Part shown: positions 6,525-16,025 of the stretch, piece by piece
How positions within the stretch are numbered: the stretch's first letter is position 1
Layout: each line of letters opens with the position of its first letter
The notes under the pieces: generated by a model
The model's database searches: none
What the model was told of the DNA's origin: nothing
The model's input: only the letters and a program-made list of their open reading frames with translations
Made by a program: the position numbers and the translations under genes
IMG/VR virus record: IMGVR_UViG_3300031867_000045
Span: 1 to 64,000 of that record
Origin: a virus
Length of the DNA stretch: 64,000 bases
Strand: one strand, 5' to 3'

Positions 6525-8174
6525 TTAGGTGTTATCTGTATTTTCCGGCAAGGTGTCCTTTTTCTGAACGCCATCGGCAGGTACTACCTGAGTAGTAGAT
6601 AGCAGACCCTTTACAGGTTCGGCGATGCTACCCACCAATCCACGAAGTTCATCATTGATCGGCTTGCCGTTAAGGGCTTCATTCTGAACATTCAGAGTTT
6701 TCATCAGCGCAGGAATACTGGATAAGGTATCGACAAGAACGTTGCCGGAACCACTGCCCTGAGAACTTCCGCCGAAGTTGATAAACTCAGCCTTGCTACC
6801 AACTGAACCCATAAGTTCCGCGGCTTTGGTTGCAATCTGCACTTTACCCTCTGTTTCGATCTTCAACTTCTCGATCTCGAAGTTTACTTTCTCGTTAGAC
6901 GCTCTCGCTTCTGCAAGTGCGCGTTCACCTTCGGCTTGTGCCATAAGTTTCTGCTTTTCTACCTCAGCTTCCGCAAGACCTTTCTGCTTGATGACTTCCG
7001 CATCGGCAAGACCTTGCTGTTTTGCAACCTCAGCTTGTGCAAGACCTTTCTGCTTGGTAACGTCAGCTTCGGCATTACCTTTCTGCTTGATGACTTCCGC
7101 AGAAGCATTACCCTCTGTCTTAACCTTTTCCGCTTCTGCTTGTGCTGCGATCTTGATGGCATCCGCGTGGTTTCGTGATACCTGCACCTCTGCCTCTGCA
7201 CTGATAGTCTTTACATTCGCTTCCGCTTCGGCTTCGATGCGCTTCTTCTTCTTTTCTGATTCTGCTCTTGTGGAGATAACTTCCTGCTCCTTGATTGCTG
7301 CGAGATTTGCCTGTTCCTGCTTGACAACCTCAACACGACCCTTTTGCTGTTCTACCTCCTGCGCTCGAATGGTTCTCTGCAACTGACCGGCAACTTCGGC
7401 ATCGGCGTCTGCCTTATCAGTTTCAACCTTGAACGCAGCCATTTTCAGTTTATTATCTCTTTCTTTCTCAGCGATAGCCAACTCGGATTCCAATTCGGTC
7501 TGAGAAGCTGTACGCTCAGATTCAGCGTTTTGAGTACGGATAGCCTGATCTACCTTTGCTTTCTTGCTTTCGGCTTCACGGCGCTTATCCTGCATATCAA
7601 GTTCGGCAATGTTATCATAATAACCATTGTTGTCGTTGATGTCTTGGATGTTAAGGCTTACAAGTTCCATACCCATGTTGAGCATTTCATCCTGAATAAT
7701 ATCCTTAACCTTATTAGCAAATACCGCCTTTTCAGATAGTACACTTTCGGGGGTCATTGATGCTACTACATCACGAACACCACCCATAAGTGTCATTCTG
7801 GTGTCGCTGATAATCGCATCCTTTCCTCTTTCCTTAAAGGAAATGATTGCTTTCAGCAACGTTTCCGGATTTGAAGTATCGGGGCGAATCTGCGCCGTCC
7901 AGTCAATAGTAATCGGTACTGATGTTGCCGTCATAATCTCGTCACCATTTGCCGTTACCGTTAGCATTGACAAATCAAAATAATCATACTTGCGAATAAT
8001 CGGCATTACGAACGCACCGCCCGAAACATGAATTTGCGGTTTCTTGCCGCCCGTTACGATCAGTGCCTTGTCTACGCTTGCGACCTTATACATTGATTTT
8101 CCGATCAGGAAGATAGCCACAAGGATAACCAACGCAATTCCGACAGGAATGAGGATTGATAAATATTGTTCCAT
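6525..8174 (-). CDS. SPFH/band-7 (flotillin/YqiK-like) membrane protein with a long Ala/Glu/Lys-rich repeat tract
   Basis: 549 aa with an N-terminal TM helix and a band-7 core. It contains an 11-aa tandem repeat (KQKGLAEAEVx, about 6 copies, also visible as ~33-bp DNA repeats at 6950-7110) and a long coiled-coil. Confidence 0.65.
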   Translation of the reverse strand: MEQYLSILIPVGIALVILVAIFLIGKSMYKVASVDKALIVTGGKKPQIHVSGGAFVMPIIRKYDYFDLSMLTVTANGDEIMTATSVPITIDWTAQIRPDTSNPETLLKAIISFKERGKDAIISDTRMTLMGGVRDVVASMTPESVLSEKAVFANKVKDIIQDEMLNMGMELVSLNIQDINDNNGYYDNIAELDMQDKRREAESKKAKVDQAIRTQNAESERTASQTELESELAIAEKERDNKLKMAAFKVETDKADADAEVAGQLQRTIRAQEVEQQKGRVEVVKQEQANLAAIKEQEVISTRAESEKKKKRIEAEAEANVKTISAEAEVQVSRNHADAIKIAAQAEAEKVKTEGNASAEVIKQKGNAEADVTKQKGLAQAEVAKQQGLADAEVIKQKGLAEAEVEKQKLMAQAEGERALAEARASNEKVNFEIEKLKIETEGKVQIATKAAELMGSVGSKAEFINFGGSSQGSGSGNVLVDTLSSIPALMKTLNVQNEALNGKPINDELRGLVGSIAEPVKGLLSTTQVVPADGVQKKDTLPENTDNT

Positions 8175-8190
8175 TAAATTCTCCTTTTAT

Positions 8191-8312
8191 GCTTTTCGAG
8201 ATATTTACTGAATATCCCGATATTTTAACCGCATTTCCAGCGGCTCTTGACTACATTTAATATTGTAGCAAATCACCATTCAGTTGTCAAGTGTTTTCGA
8301 GTAATTTCTTAA
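8191..8312 (-). promoter_or_regulatory. promoter cassette: conserved motif, TTGACA-17 bp-TACAAT, hairpin, second motif copy, RBS (drives the SPFH gene)
   Basis: On the minus strand: AAGAAATTACTCGAAAACAC-TTGACA-17-TACAAT, then ccgctggaaatgcgg hairpin, then AAATATCTCGAAAAGCA followed by AAGGAG and ATG. Confidence 0.7.
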
Positions 8313-8320
8313 ATATTTTT

Positions 8321-9061
8321 TTAGAATGTATACCCGTCCATTAATCTCATTTTGAATTTATTTTTCTGATGGAGTGCATCAATCTTGTTCTTTACTGCCC
8401 CATCTTCGCAAATGCCTGTCCGAATATACCGATCAAGCGTTTCGTATGTAAAACCCAGGTTTTCCTCGTCAGTCTTTCCGCACAAACCATCTGATGGCTC
8501 TTTATCCATCAAATAGTCCGATAATCCGAGAGCATACCCAATGTCAATGACTTCACTTTTTGTAAACGGGGCAAGCGGCGACAAATCACCAACAGAATCT
8601 CCGTATCTCGTTGAATATCCGATATAGTCCTCAGATAAATTGCAAGTATTGACAACTCTACCGTTACTGCTCTGTGAAACAGCGTATAATGCAGCCATGC
8701 GGATTCTCGCAGGGAGATTGGTAGTTGTCTGACCGGAAATATTAAGAGTAGGCTCTTTTTCCATTCCGTCTAAAATTCCATCTACGGAATTGCCGATATT
8801 GATGGTAAAACTCTTAATTCTAAGAGTATTCACAAGCGTTTCAGCATATTTAATATCGTCCTGCTCGTGGTCTGGAAGTAAAACGCCGATGACGCGGTTT
8901 TCTCCCAAAGCCTTTACGCACAACGCGGCAACCACAGAGCTATCAATTCCGCCGGAAATTCCGACAATGGCTTTTCCAAAATTGCTATTCTTTCTGAACC
9001 AATCCTTAATCCATTCAGCACACTTTTCAGCATGATAATTTCCAAATCCAAATCTATTCAT
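8321..9061 (-). CDS. nadE: NH3-dependent NAD+ synthetase
   Basis: 246 aa; SGGIDS PP-loop motif and overall NadE-like sequence (GISGGIDSSVVAAL...). Confidence 0.75.
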   Translation of the reverse strand: MNRFGFGNYHAEKCAEWIKDWFRKNSNFGKAIVGISGGIDSSVVAALCVKALGENRVIGVLLPDHEQDDIKYAETLVNTLRIKSFTINIGNSVDGILDGMEKEPTLNISGQTTTNLPARIRMAALYAVSQSSNGRVVNTCNLSEDYIGYSTRYGDSVGDLSPLAPFTKSEVIDIGYALGLSDYLMDKEPSDGLCGKTDEENLGFTYETLDRYIRTGICEDGAVKNKIDALHQKNKFKMRLMDGYTF

Positions 9062-10530
9062 TAGAAATCACCGCCGTGCAAAGTTTTTCTGATTTCTTTC
9101 AGACTGGTTTCTTTCAGCATTTCACCATCACGGAAAATAGGCTTTAACATATTGCAAGGATCATTACTTGCTTCTTCCCAAGTCTTTTGATCTGTATAAG
9201 CAATCCCGCCATAATAATCCTCATAAACAAGACAACAACCCTTTTGAGAAGTCTTGAATCCGCCCTCTTTCGGGTCTTTGAAAATGGGAGTAGGCTTTCC
9301 GTCAATCTCACAATATGTCGCCTTAATACAAGAACTGAAAGTATCACGAGTAAACGGTTTTAGAATCCCATCTTCTTCAATGCACTGGAATGAGAACGAA
9401 CCGACACCGAGAGATACATTACAAGCCGCAAATCCGTTTTCTTTGAGAATTTCATAAATCTTCTCGCAACGCTGAACGGTAATTGAATCACCGTACAGAG
9501 CTTTCACACGAGGATCGAGGACTTTATATCCCTTGCTATTAATATAACCGCCGAACTGATCCCATAACTTGAATACCGTCTTTGTTACGACTTCCACGCA
9601 ATCGCCGGAATCTCCGCGCATAAGCATACAACCATTATGGTTCATAATTTCCTTTTTGAGTTTCGGAAGTACGTTATCAATTACATTCCAGTAATCATAA
9701 GAATCCAAAACGCAAGAAAATGATGTATTCGGGTAAATCTCCGTCAACAGTCTGCGGAGCAAAGTAATTTCATCACCGTCAACCGCAAAATTAGAACACA
9801 TTACAGAATGTTCGGTACTCGGAGCGCCAAATCCAACAGGTTCATTTTTGCAATCACAATTATAATTCTTTTCCAAATACGGAATTGCGGGAACCGTTGC
9901 AGTATTCAAGAATGAAAGCAACCAACCCGCAGCCGCCTTCGTTGCAGACTGTAAACATTCCTCACCGCGAAAATCAAAATCTCCCAACGCTCTTGCTCTC
10001 GGCATATCGTCGTCACAGGTTTCAGCATAATACTTGTTCACGATTTCACGATAAGTTGCGCCGACGGTGGCAGCCAACATGGGGTGCCACATTTCAGCCG
10101 AGATCAGCGATTCAAGCGACTGAGGAAGCCATGCAAAATCGGGATGGGTATTTGTGATTCCGAACATCGGAACGTGCATAGGCACTTTCGTTCCTTCGGG
10201 CAACGCCACAATTTCAATGGGTAAATATCCGAGATTATGCAGTTTCTTGATTTTGTTGATATTATATGTATCTTTTCCAAGAGTGGCGTCCATGATTCTT
10301 TGATATTCAACCAAAATCAGGTCGAGGGGCTTTTCAAAAAATTCTCTGTTGAAGTAATCAATCAGATATTCCTTAATAAATCCCTGCAATCCAAAGAATA
10401 CAACTTCATTCCAGCGCTTTACTCTGCTCATTCTCGGAGTAAAATAAGATACCGATTTTGTGATCTTTTCCGGCAACATTTCAGCGTGTACCGCCTTATA
10501 GTAGTCGATCAATAACATCGGATTCGTCAT
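9061..10530 (-). CDS. nadV: nicotinamide phosphoribosyltransferase (NadV/NAMPT)
   Basis: 489 aa; NAMPT-like blocks (DSYDYWNVI, LMRGDSGD, GVGSFSFQ...TRDTF) and the right length. Confidence 0.75.
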   Translation of the reverse strand: MTNPMLLIDYYKAVHAEMLPEKITKSVSYFTPRMSRVKRWNEVVFFGLQGFIKEYLIDYFNREFFEKPLDLILVEYQRIMDATLGKDTYNINKIKKLHNLGYLPIEIVALPEGTKVPMHVPMFGITNTHPDFAWLPQSLESLISAEMWHPMLAATVGATYREIVNKYYAETCDDDMPRARALGDFDFRGEECLQSATKAAAGWLLSFLNTATVPAIPYLEKNYNCDCKNEPVGFGAPSTEHSVMCSNFAVDGDEITLLRRLLTEIYPNTSFSCVLDSYDYWNVIDNVLPKLKKEIMNHNGCMLMRGDSGDCVEVVTKTVFKLWDQFGGYINSKGYKVLDPRVKALYGDSITVQRCEKIYEILKENGFAACNVSLGVGSFSFQCIEEDGILKPFTRDTFSSCIKATYCEIDGKPTPIFKDPKEGGFKTSQKGCCLVYEDYYGGIAYTDQKTWEEASNDPCNMLKPIFRDGEMLKETSLKEIRKTLHGGDF

Positions 10531-11393
10531 AGATTAAACACCTCGATTTTAGATGGCATTAAGTCAATATCTTTCGCATACTTCTGCGTACTCTTGACAA
10601 AAATGCTATCTGTAGTATATAGTTTCTCGATTAAATCTCCGTGTAACAATTCACCACGAAAAACGGTAAATTCACAATGAGTTACAAATAGATATATCTT
10701 ATCCGCGCCGAGTTCTTTTAACTTCTTCGCAGAATGTAAGAATGTTCCGCCTTTACTGCAAATATCATCAATGATTAAAACTATTTTGTTTTTAATCAAA
10801 TTTGTATCTCCGCAAACATCAAGCCCAAGAATATTTCCAGTTTCCCAATCTCGCCGTTTGATACCAAAAGCGTATGGTCGATTGATCTTGCCGGAATACC
10901 GTTTCATGGCACCTTCATCGGGAAAGAATATCGTTGGATTTGTTATGTAATTATCCTTGCAAACATTCTTAATTGCCTGTTCGATATAGGGAGTAGGTTC
11001 CAAAACGGTCAAATTATCGAACAACGCTTCACTCACAGAAGAATGAGGGTCTAAGACAACCACATTCAAGAATTTCAGCGCATTGATAAATTCCGCAAAA
11101 TATTTCAAAGTGAAAACATCCGATTTTCCCTTTACCCTATCCATTCTGGCGTTCGGAATATACGGCAAGAATAGCTCAACATCATAACCCAATCTTTGCA
11201 GGTGTTTTGTCAGAAATAAGATTGCTGCCATTTCACCGTCATTCTCGTAATGCCATGAAATAGTCACGGATTCTTGAATAGGCTCGACAGACTTCAACTC
11301 GGGTTTCAAGTGCAAAGTTCCATCGGGAAAATGATCGAGGACAACTTCGTTTCCATCAATTTTAATCATTCTGTTACCTCGTCGATCTGGCAA
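10527..11393 (-). CDS. prs: ribose-phosphate pyrophosphokinase (PRPP synthetase)
   Basis: 288 aa; PRPP-binding loop IVLIIDDICSKGGTF and PRPP synthetase N-domain. Confidence 0.7.
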   Translation of the reverse strand: MPDRRGNRMIKIDGNEVVLDHFPDGTLHLKPELKSVEPIQESVTISWHYENDGEMAAILFLTKHLQRLGYDVELFLPYIPNARMDRVKGKSDVFTLKYFAEFINALKFLNVVVLDPHSSVSEALFDNLTVLEPTPYIEQAIKNVCKDNYITNPTIFFPDEGAMKRYSGKINRPYAFGIKRRDWETGNILGLDVCGDTNLIKNKIVLIIDDICSKGGTFLHSAKKLKELGADKIYLFVTHCEFTVFRGELLHGDLIEKLYTTDSIFVKSTQKYAKDIDLMPSKIEVFNL

Positions 11394-11929
11394 GAGTGCA
11401 TGACCATCTTAGCAGCGTTATGTAATTCGGGAGTCACACCCGCACAACAAGAGAAGTCACAAGCGATTTGGATTTCCGGCGCGGCTGTCTTGATAACCAG
11501 TGCGTTAGTCACTACACAAATATCGGTACACAATCCAACAAGTTCAACGTAATCGAATCCGCCCTGAACAACAGCCTGAGCCAATGCGAAAGAGCCGAAA
11601 GACTCCTTCAAGAAAACTCTTTTATCATCGTTGTAAGTGAATTTTTCGTTCTTCTCGGCAAGACGATCTCTGAAAGCCTTTTCAATGGTTGGATTCAACT
11701 GCCAACCCTCGGTATGTAAGATACAGTGTTTCACGGGCAAGTGTTTGCCCTCATTAGAATCGAGGTATGAGTCCTCAAAATGTGTGTCATATGTAGCCGC
11801 GATCTCACCGTCGAATGTTTTGATTTTTTCTGCAACCTTATCAACGATTGCCATAGCTTCGGGAGTTCCGAGAGAGCCGTCAATAAAATCGTTTTGACAG
11901 TCAACCACGACAAGTAAACGTTTTTCCAT
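11366..11929 (-). CDS. pncA: isochorismatase-family nicotinamidase (PncA-like)
   Basis: 187 aa; VVVDCQNDF N-terminal motif and catalytic-cysteine block GLCTDICV typical of PncA. Confidence 0.65.
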   Translation of the reverse strand: MEKRLLVVVDCQNDFIDGSLGTPEAMAIVDKVAEKIKTFDGEIAATYDTHFEDSYLDSNEGKHLPVKHCILHTEGWQLNPTIEKAFRDRLAEKNEKFTYNDDKRVFLKESFGSFALAQAVVQGGFDYVELVGLCTDICVVTNALVIKTAAPEIQIACDFSCCAGVTPELHNAAKMVMHSCQIDEVTE

Positions 11930-12099
11930 TTAATTCTCCTTAAAAACTCTAAAATAGCGCCGATCTGTTGATTTTATGCGATAATCTTCTTCATCTTGTG
12001 CCTCCTTGATTTTGACATACTATATATAGTGGTTATAATATTTTATACCACAATATCTTGTGCTAAAAAGTGAATAAAACAGCGATTTGATTCACTTTC

Positions 12100-12513
12100 T
12101 TAAAATCCGTTAAATCCATTCGGATTTCCGTTCATAATGTTGTCGTATTGGTTAATCAAATTCTGTAACTCAGGATCGCTTTTTGCCAACTCACGGTACA
12201 AAGAAAGATTACGATTTTCCTTAACATGCTTATCCATAGCCGTAACGAGCTTGTTAATTGTAGCAGTGTTTTCCTTTCTTCTGTTCCACGCAGAAAAATC
12301 CACCTTACAGATAATATCTTTTGTTGCGGCGACGCCAAAGTAATTGTTGGGTGAAATAATGTTCACCACTTTAGCTACAACAAAATCATTTGCGCTATCT
12401 GTAAGAACATAATCTCCGACACGGATATTTGTATCGTACAGCCGGAAAGCGTATTCCTTAGATGTGTTGAAGCCCCTAACAAAAGTCACCTTTGCGATTA
12501 AATAATGGTTCAT
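12100..12513 (-). CDS. hypothetical protein
   Basis: 137-aa ORF preceded by the conserved UTR motif and an RBS. Confidence 0.45.
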   Translation of the reverse strand: MNHYLIAKVTFVRGFNTSKEYAFRLYDTNIRVGDYVLTDSANDFVVAKVVNIISPNNYFGVAATKDIICKVDFSAWNRRKENTATINKLVTAMDKHVKENRNLSLYRELAKSDPELQNLINQYDNIMNGNPNGFNGF

Positions 12514-12607
12514 ATTCTTTTTCCTTTCTTTTGCTTTTCGAGTTATTTCTTGATTGCCTTGAAATAAAAACCGCAGGATCGCGGTCTTATTTCAAGTTCG
12601 ATTTTGA

Positions 12608-12684
12608 TGGTGTGCCATCAGGGAATCGAACCCTACACCTACAGATTATGAGTCTGTTGCTCTAACCGAATGAGCTAATGGCAC
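12608..12684 (-). tRNA. tRNA-Met or tRNA-Ile2 (anticodon CAT)
   Basis: 77 nt; anticodon stem acaga/tctgt, loop ctCATaa; T-arm taggg-ttcgatt-cccta; CCA encoded; followed by a GATC-loop hairpin and T-run. Confidence 0.7.
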
Positions 12685-12687
12685 ATA

Positions 12688-13689
12688 TTATTCTGTCGGA
12701 AGATATAACCTCAATCGAGTTTTAATGTCTGCCGCTCTTACATCTGATGATACACCAAATTCAGAAGCGATTGATAGTAACTCATTTATATCATCGGAAT
12801 TGCGGAAGGACATAACTAATTTTTTAGTATGTTCCAAACCACATTTTTCGATAAAGAAATCATACATTCCGAGCCAATATATATTACGAAATGTGATCTT
12901 TAAATCATACCAATTTCGTATATATTCTGACAATAACTTGTTTAACGCGATTGCAACCTCTTTTTCCGGTCGTTCATCAAATGTATCTTCATGGCTGGGA
13001 CTTACAACAAAGTGCATATAACTACCATTCCAACTTCTCATTAACGAATTACGGAAAGAATTGAAAGTCGTTGTTTGATGATTGGCTTGAAGCAAAGTGA
13101 TTGTTCTCACATCAAGTTTAACAACTCTGCCCGGCAATACCACTTGCCTTGTTCGGAAATTAATATCCTTTTCTTTTAGATTGATAACTTCCGACAATTC
13201 ATAAAATCCACAATGGAATAAACCGCACAACAATTCAATTAAATCGGCACGATCATTCTTACCTTGCTTTCTCATATCGGTGAAAATATCCAGTAAATCT
13301 TGCCATTCCAAAGGCTTCGCAGCAGTTTCTAATATTTTCATCAATCCCTTGTTCCCTTTTAGATCGGGTGATCTCAACCAAATTGGAATAGGCTCAATAT
13401 TATATGAGTACCACTCGCAAACAACCGTCAACATGAGTTTCACTTGTTTATAAGTGAAGAACAAAATCGGCGACTGTTCTTTGGGATCAAGCGACTGTGT
13501 AAGAAGCACACGCACGAGCTGTATGGTTTCCTCTTTATTCATATCGACAAGTTCTTTACCGATCTTTTCCTCATACTTAAACAATAAATCATTGTCGATT
13601 GTATTTCTAACGGTATTCCTGCGGGTTTGATTATAACTTTCGTCAGCATAGAATCTGTCTAAGAGTTCTCTTGTGGATAATTTTCCCAT
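12688..13689 (-). CDS. hypothetical protein
   Basis: 333 aa; no confident motif. The central region (LIELLCGLFHCGFYELSEVINLKEKDINFRTRQVVLPGR) weakly resembles tyrosine-recombinase box I but lacks the catalytic Arg. Confidence 0.4.
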   Translation of the reverse strand: MGKLSTRELLDRFYADESYNQTRRNTVRNTIDNDLLFKYEEKIGKELVDMNKEETIQLVRVLLTQSLDPKEQSPILFFTYKQVKLMLTVVCEWYSYNIEPIPIWLRSPDLKGNKGLMKILETAAKPLEWQDLLDIFTDMRKQGKNDRADLIELLCGLFHCGFYELSEVINLKEKDINFRTRQVVLPGRVVKLDVRTITLLQANHQTTTFNSFRNSLMRSWNGSYMHFVVSPSHEDTFDERPEKEVAIALNKLLSEYIRNWYDLKITFRNIYWLGMYDFFIEKCGLEHTKKLVMSFRNSDDINELLSIASEFGVSSDVRAADIKTRLRLYLPTE

Positions 13690-13756
13690 AACAACACCTC
13701 ATTTAATACGATTATAGCAATATAATTCACCATTGTCAAGAAATAAATCGAAAAAA

Positions 13757-14125
13757 TCAGTGAACCAAGATAGGAAATTGTATGCAGATAGCGTCTGTAA
13801 TATGTGTCAGAATCGCATTGTCCGCAATTTCTCCGATACACTTATCTAATCTTTCGATGTTTACGGTCTGAATCTGCTCGATCAACAATGTACTCGGCGC
13901 TTTCAGCCCGTATTCATTGTAATCCCACAATTCAACGTGTACCGGCAACTTCTTCTTGCTCATTCTCGATGTAATGGGAATGACATTGAGCGTAGTGCTA
14001 TATGTATTATTTTTGTTGTTGGAGAGGATAAAGACAGGTCTATATCCGCCCTGTACGCTACCCTCCGAAGTAAGGTAGCATAGCCAGATTTCGCCGCAGC
14101 GAGGTCTTGTGTTTGAGCGCAGCAT
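13757..14125 (-). CDS. MazF/PemK/Kid-family endoribonuclease toxin, with no antitoxin ORF
   Basis: 122 aa; GEIWLCYLTSEGSVQGGYRPVFILSNN...TTLNVIPITSRM...PVHVEL...LKAPSTLLIEQIQTVNIERL matches the PemK/MazF fold signature. Confidence 0.6.
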   Translation of the reverse strand: MLRSNTRPRCGEIWLCYLTSEGSVQGGYRPVFILSNNKNNTYSTTLNVIPITSRMSKKKLPVHVELWDYNEYGLKAPSTLLIEQIQTVNIERLDKCIGEIADNAILTHITDAICIQFPILVH

Positions 14126-14276
14126 AATTCCGTACCACCTTATGATAAAATATGTAAGAAATCATAGGACTGGAACTACACAACTCGCCCTGAGTGCTGT
14201 TATGAAATTGTTATTCGGGCTTCACGTCACCTCCAGCCCCTTTGGTTTCTGTGCAACCTCTCTTGATTGCACCTAT

Positions 14277-14327
14277 ATAATACCACATCATGGATAGTTT
14301 GTCAAGCATTTCGAGATATTTCTTTTT
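14277..14327 (-). promoter_or_regulatory. promoter cassette upstream of the mazF-like gene (motif, TTGACA-17 bp-TATTAT), followed by a ~150-nt structured leader
   Basis: On the minus strand: AGAAATATCTCGAAATGC-TTGACA-17-TATTAT. The leader contains a gtgcaa...ttgcac hairpin before the AAGGTGG RBS. Confidence 0.6.
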
Positions 14328-14678
14328 ATTTTATTTCAAAATACTTTTCGGATAAATCCAACGGTGTTTTAGCTTTTCCTAATTTGGTGGCTTTTCCGTC
14401 GATCAGCCGGTAGCAAAAATAATAATCTCTGATCGGCTTTGATGTAATATAGAACACGGAGCCATCAATTCGTGTGTATGTCTGCCAGATGATTTCCGTC
14501 TTTGGAATCCCTGGGATTGGTTTAGGTTTACTCATTATGTATTTCCTTTTTAATAAAGGTAATTGTTACCTCGCTGCCGCTCAATCCAACTAAACATTTA
14601 TTGATGATGTTGGATTCCCTGAGATTTTCCAGCGTCCTCACAATTTCCCGATCAAACAACCTTGTCGGAAATGTAACT

Positions 14679-15050
14679 TTAACTGTCTGCGTGTATGTAA
14701 TGCGTAAAGGTGTCATTTGCTAACACGCTCCGATCTACACACAGTTGTAAACAGGCTTTGTCATTTTCTATTGTATAGTCAACCCGCGCAGAATAAGGGC
14801 AAGTATCACACTTATTACATGATCCGCAAAATCCATTCTTAATATCTTCCGATTCCTCTGTTTGTTCAGATAGGATAGGACACAGAAAACCGAAAGTTTC
14901 CGCTCCGCCCGTCAACCTTGCAAGGCAGACATGGTAATGGTTGAATTTGTTAAACTGCAATTCAGACGAATGGCGGGGATAAAAGAAATAATAAGGATAT
15001 TTCAAAAATTCCGCCATTGTCCGAAATGCGTTCTTAATTTTACTTAGCAT
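14679..15050 (-). CDS. Cys-rich hypothetical protein
   Basis: 123 aa with CPILS...CGSCNKCDTCPY cysteine cluster, possibly metal or Fe-S binding. Confidence 0.4.
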   Translation of the reverse strand: MLSKIKNAFRTMAEFLKYPYYFFYPRHSSELQFNKFNHYHVCLARLTGGAETFGFLCPILSEQTEESEDIKNGFCGSCNKCDTCPYSARVDYTIENDKACLQLCVDRSVLANDTFTHYIHADS

Positions 15051-15053
15051 TAA

Positions 15054-16025
15054 TTATTTCGCAACTCCTTCGATTAAGCTCATAAACTCATTCATGGCTT
15101 CAATATGAATCGCAGGATCAGAATTTCCGGCGTTCTCTGCCCCACTCTGATAAACCATAGCAATAATATCACGCAGGTCTGCAACATCGAGCGTCATAAC
15201 GGGATTTGTAGATTCCGCAGTGAAATTTTCGCCGCCCTGAACGTGCCTATTATAGAAATCTCCAAAATCCTTGAAATACTGATCGACCTTGCTTTTTGTC
15301 AAGCCGATATATCTCTTGGTGGTTTTCGTATCGCTATGATTGTAAATGGTCTGCAAGAGTTCCATGCTGTCATAGTCATTCGGGTGCAGCATACGACTGA
15401 TCTTTCCGAAAGTCTTTCGTGTGCTGTGCGTTCCAATATTGTATTCAATCCCGCAATTTTCCGCTGCACGTTTCAGCGCTTTTCTCCAACCATCGGGAGA
15501 AAGAACGTTGCCTTTTCCAGTTCCCGAAAGCTGCATGAATACAAATCCGTGATAGTTTTCCGCAGATGGATCACAGCCCGTCTTTTCGAGATACAGATTA
15601 ATGGCGTCCTTGCAAGCCTGATTGATATAAGGATTCGCCAGTTTGTCGGTCTTGTCCTCTACGATTTCCATTAATTCCGTGCGAAATTTTCCGTTTTTCG
15701 GATTAAAGAAATGTTCCCATGTCAAGCTCAGAGTATCACCGACACGACGAGCCATATTCAAAGAAATCACAAACAGCATATAATGAAGCCATGATTTGTT
15801 TTCAATAAAGTAATTCATCATTTTCCGCAAATCCGCGACTTCAAATGCGAATACTTCCGACTTCTTGCCCTTCTGCTTGTTTTGCTTGATCTTCTTGGGC
15901 TTGCCGTCCTTACGAAGTTTCGGGGCATTTTCCGGCTGAGGATCAACAGGCATTTCGGTAAAGAAAGTCTGTCCGGGAAAAAGTGGTGATGTTACCATAA
16001 CGGTATTAGTCTGAATATTTTTCAT
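15054..16025 (-). CDS. int: tyrosine-type site-specific recombinase (phage integrase)
   Basis: 323 aa; box I ARRVGDTLSLTWEHF, box II/III HSTRKTF...LLQTIYNHSDTKTTKRYI (R-H-R-Y catalytic residues); basic N-terminal arm. Confidence 0.75.
   Translation of the reverse strand: MKNIQTNTVMVTSPLFPGQTFFTEMPVDPQPENAPKLRKDGKPKKIKQNKQKGKKSEVFAFEVADLRKMMNYFIENKSWLHYMLFVISLNMARRVGDTLSLTWEHFFNPKNGKFRTELMEIVEDKTDKLANPYINQACKDAINLYLEKTGCDPSAENYHGFVFMQLSGTGKGNVLSPDGWRKALKRAAENCGIEYNIGTHSTRKTFGKISRMLHPNDYDSMELLQTIYNHSDTKTTKRYIGLTKSKVDQYFKDFGDFYNRHVQGGENFTAESTNPVMTLDVADLRDIIAMVYQSGAENAGNSDPAIHIEAMNEFMSLIEGVAK

Noticed and set aside
6213-6602. ORF-track entries 6191-6409 and 6213-6602 (+)
   Set aside because: They run antisense across two tRNA genes and the SPFH terminator. 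There is no RBS and the composition is dictated by the tRNA sequences.
6778-7739. Several overlapping ORFs in alternative frames and the opposite strand inside the SPFH gene (6778-7386, 6936-7178, 6959-7201, 7344-7739)
   Set aside because: They are artefacts of the 33-bp tandem repeat and the low-complexity Ala/Glu/Lys coding region. The long SPFH frame with promoter, RBS and terminator is the real gene.
12688-13689. Possible second integrase (333 aa next to tRNA-Met)
   Set aside because: There is only weak box-I-like similarity. The catalytic Arg, the HxxR motif and the Tyr context are not identifiable, so it is left as hypothetical.
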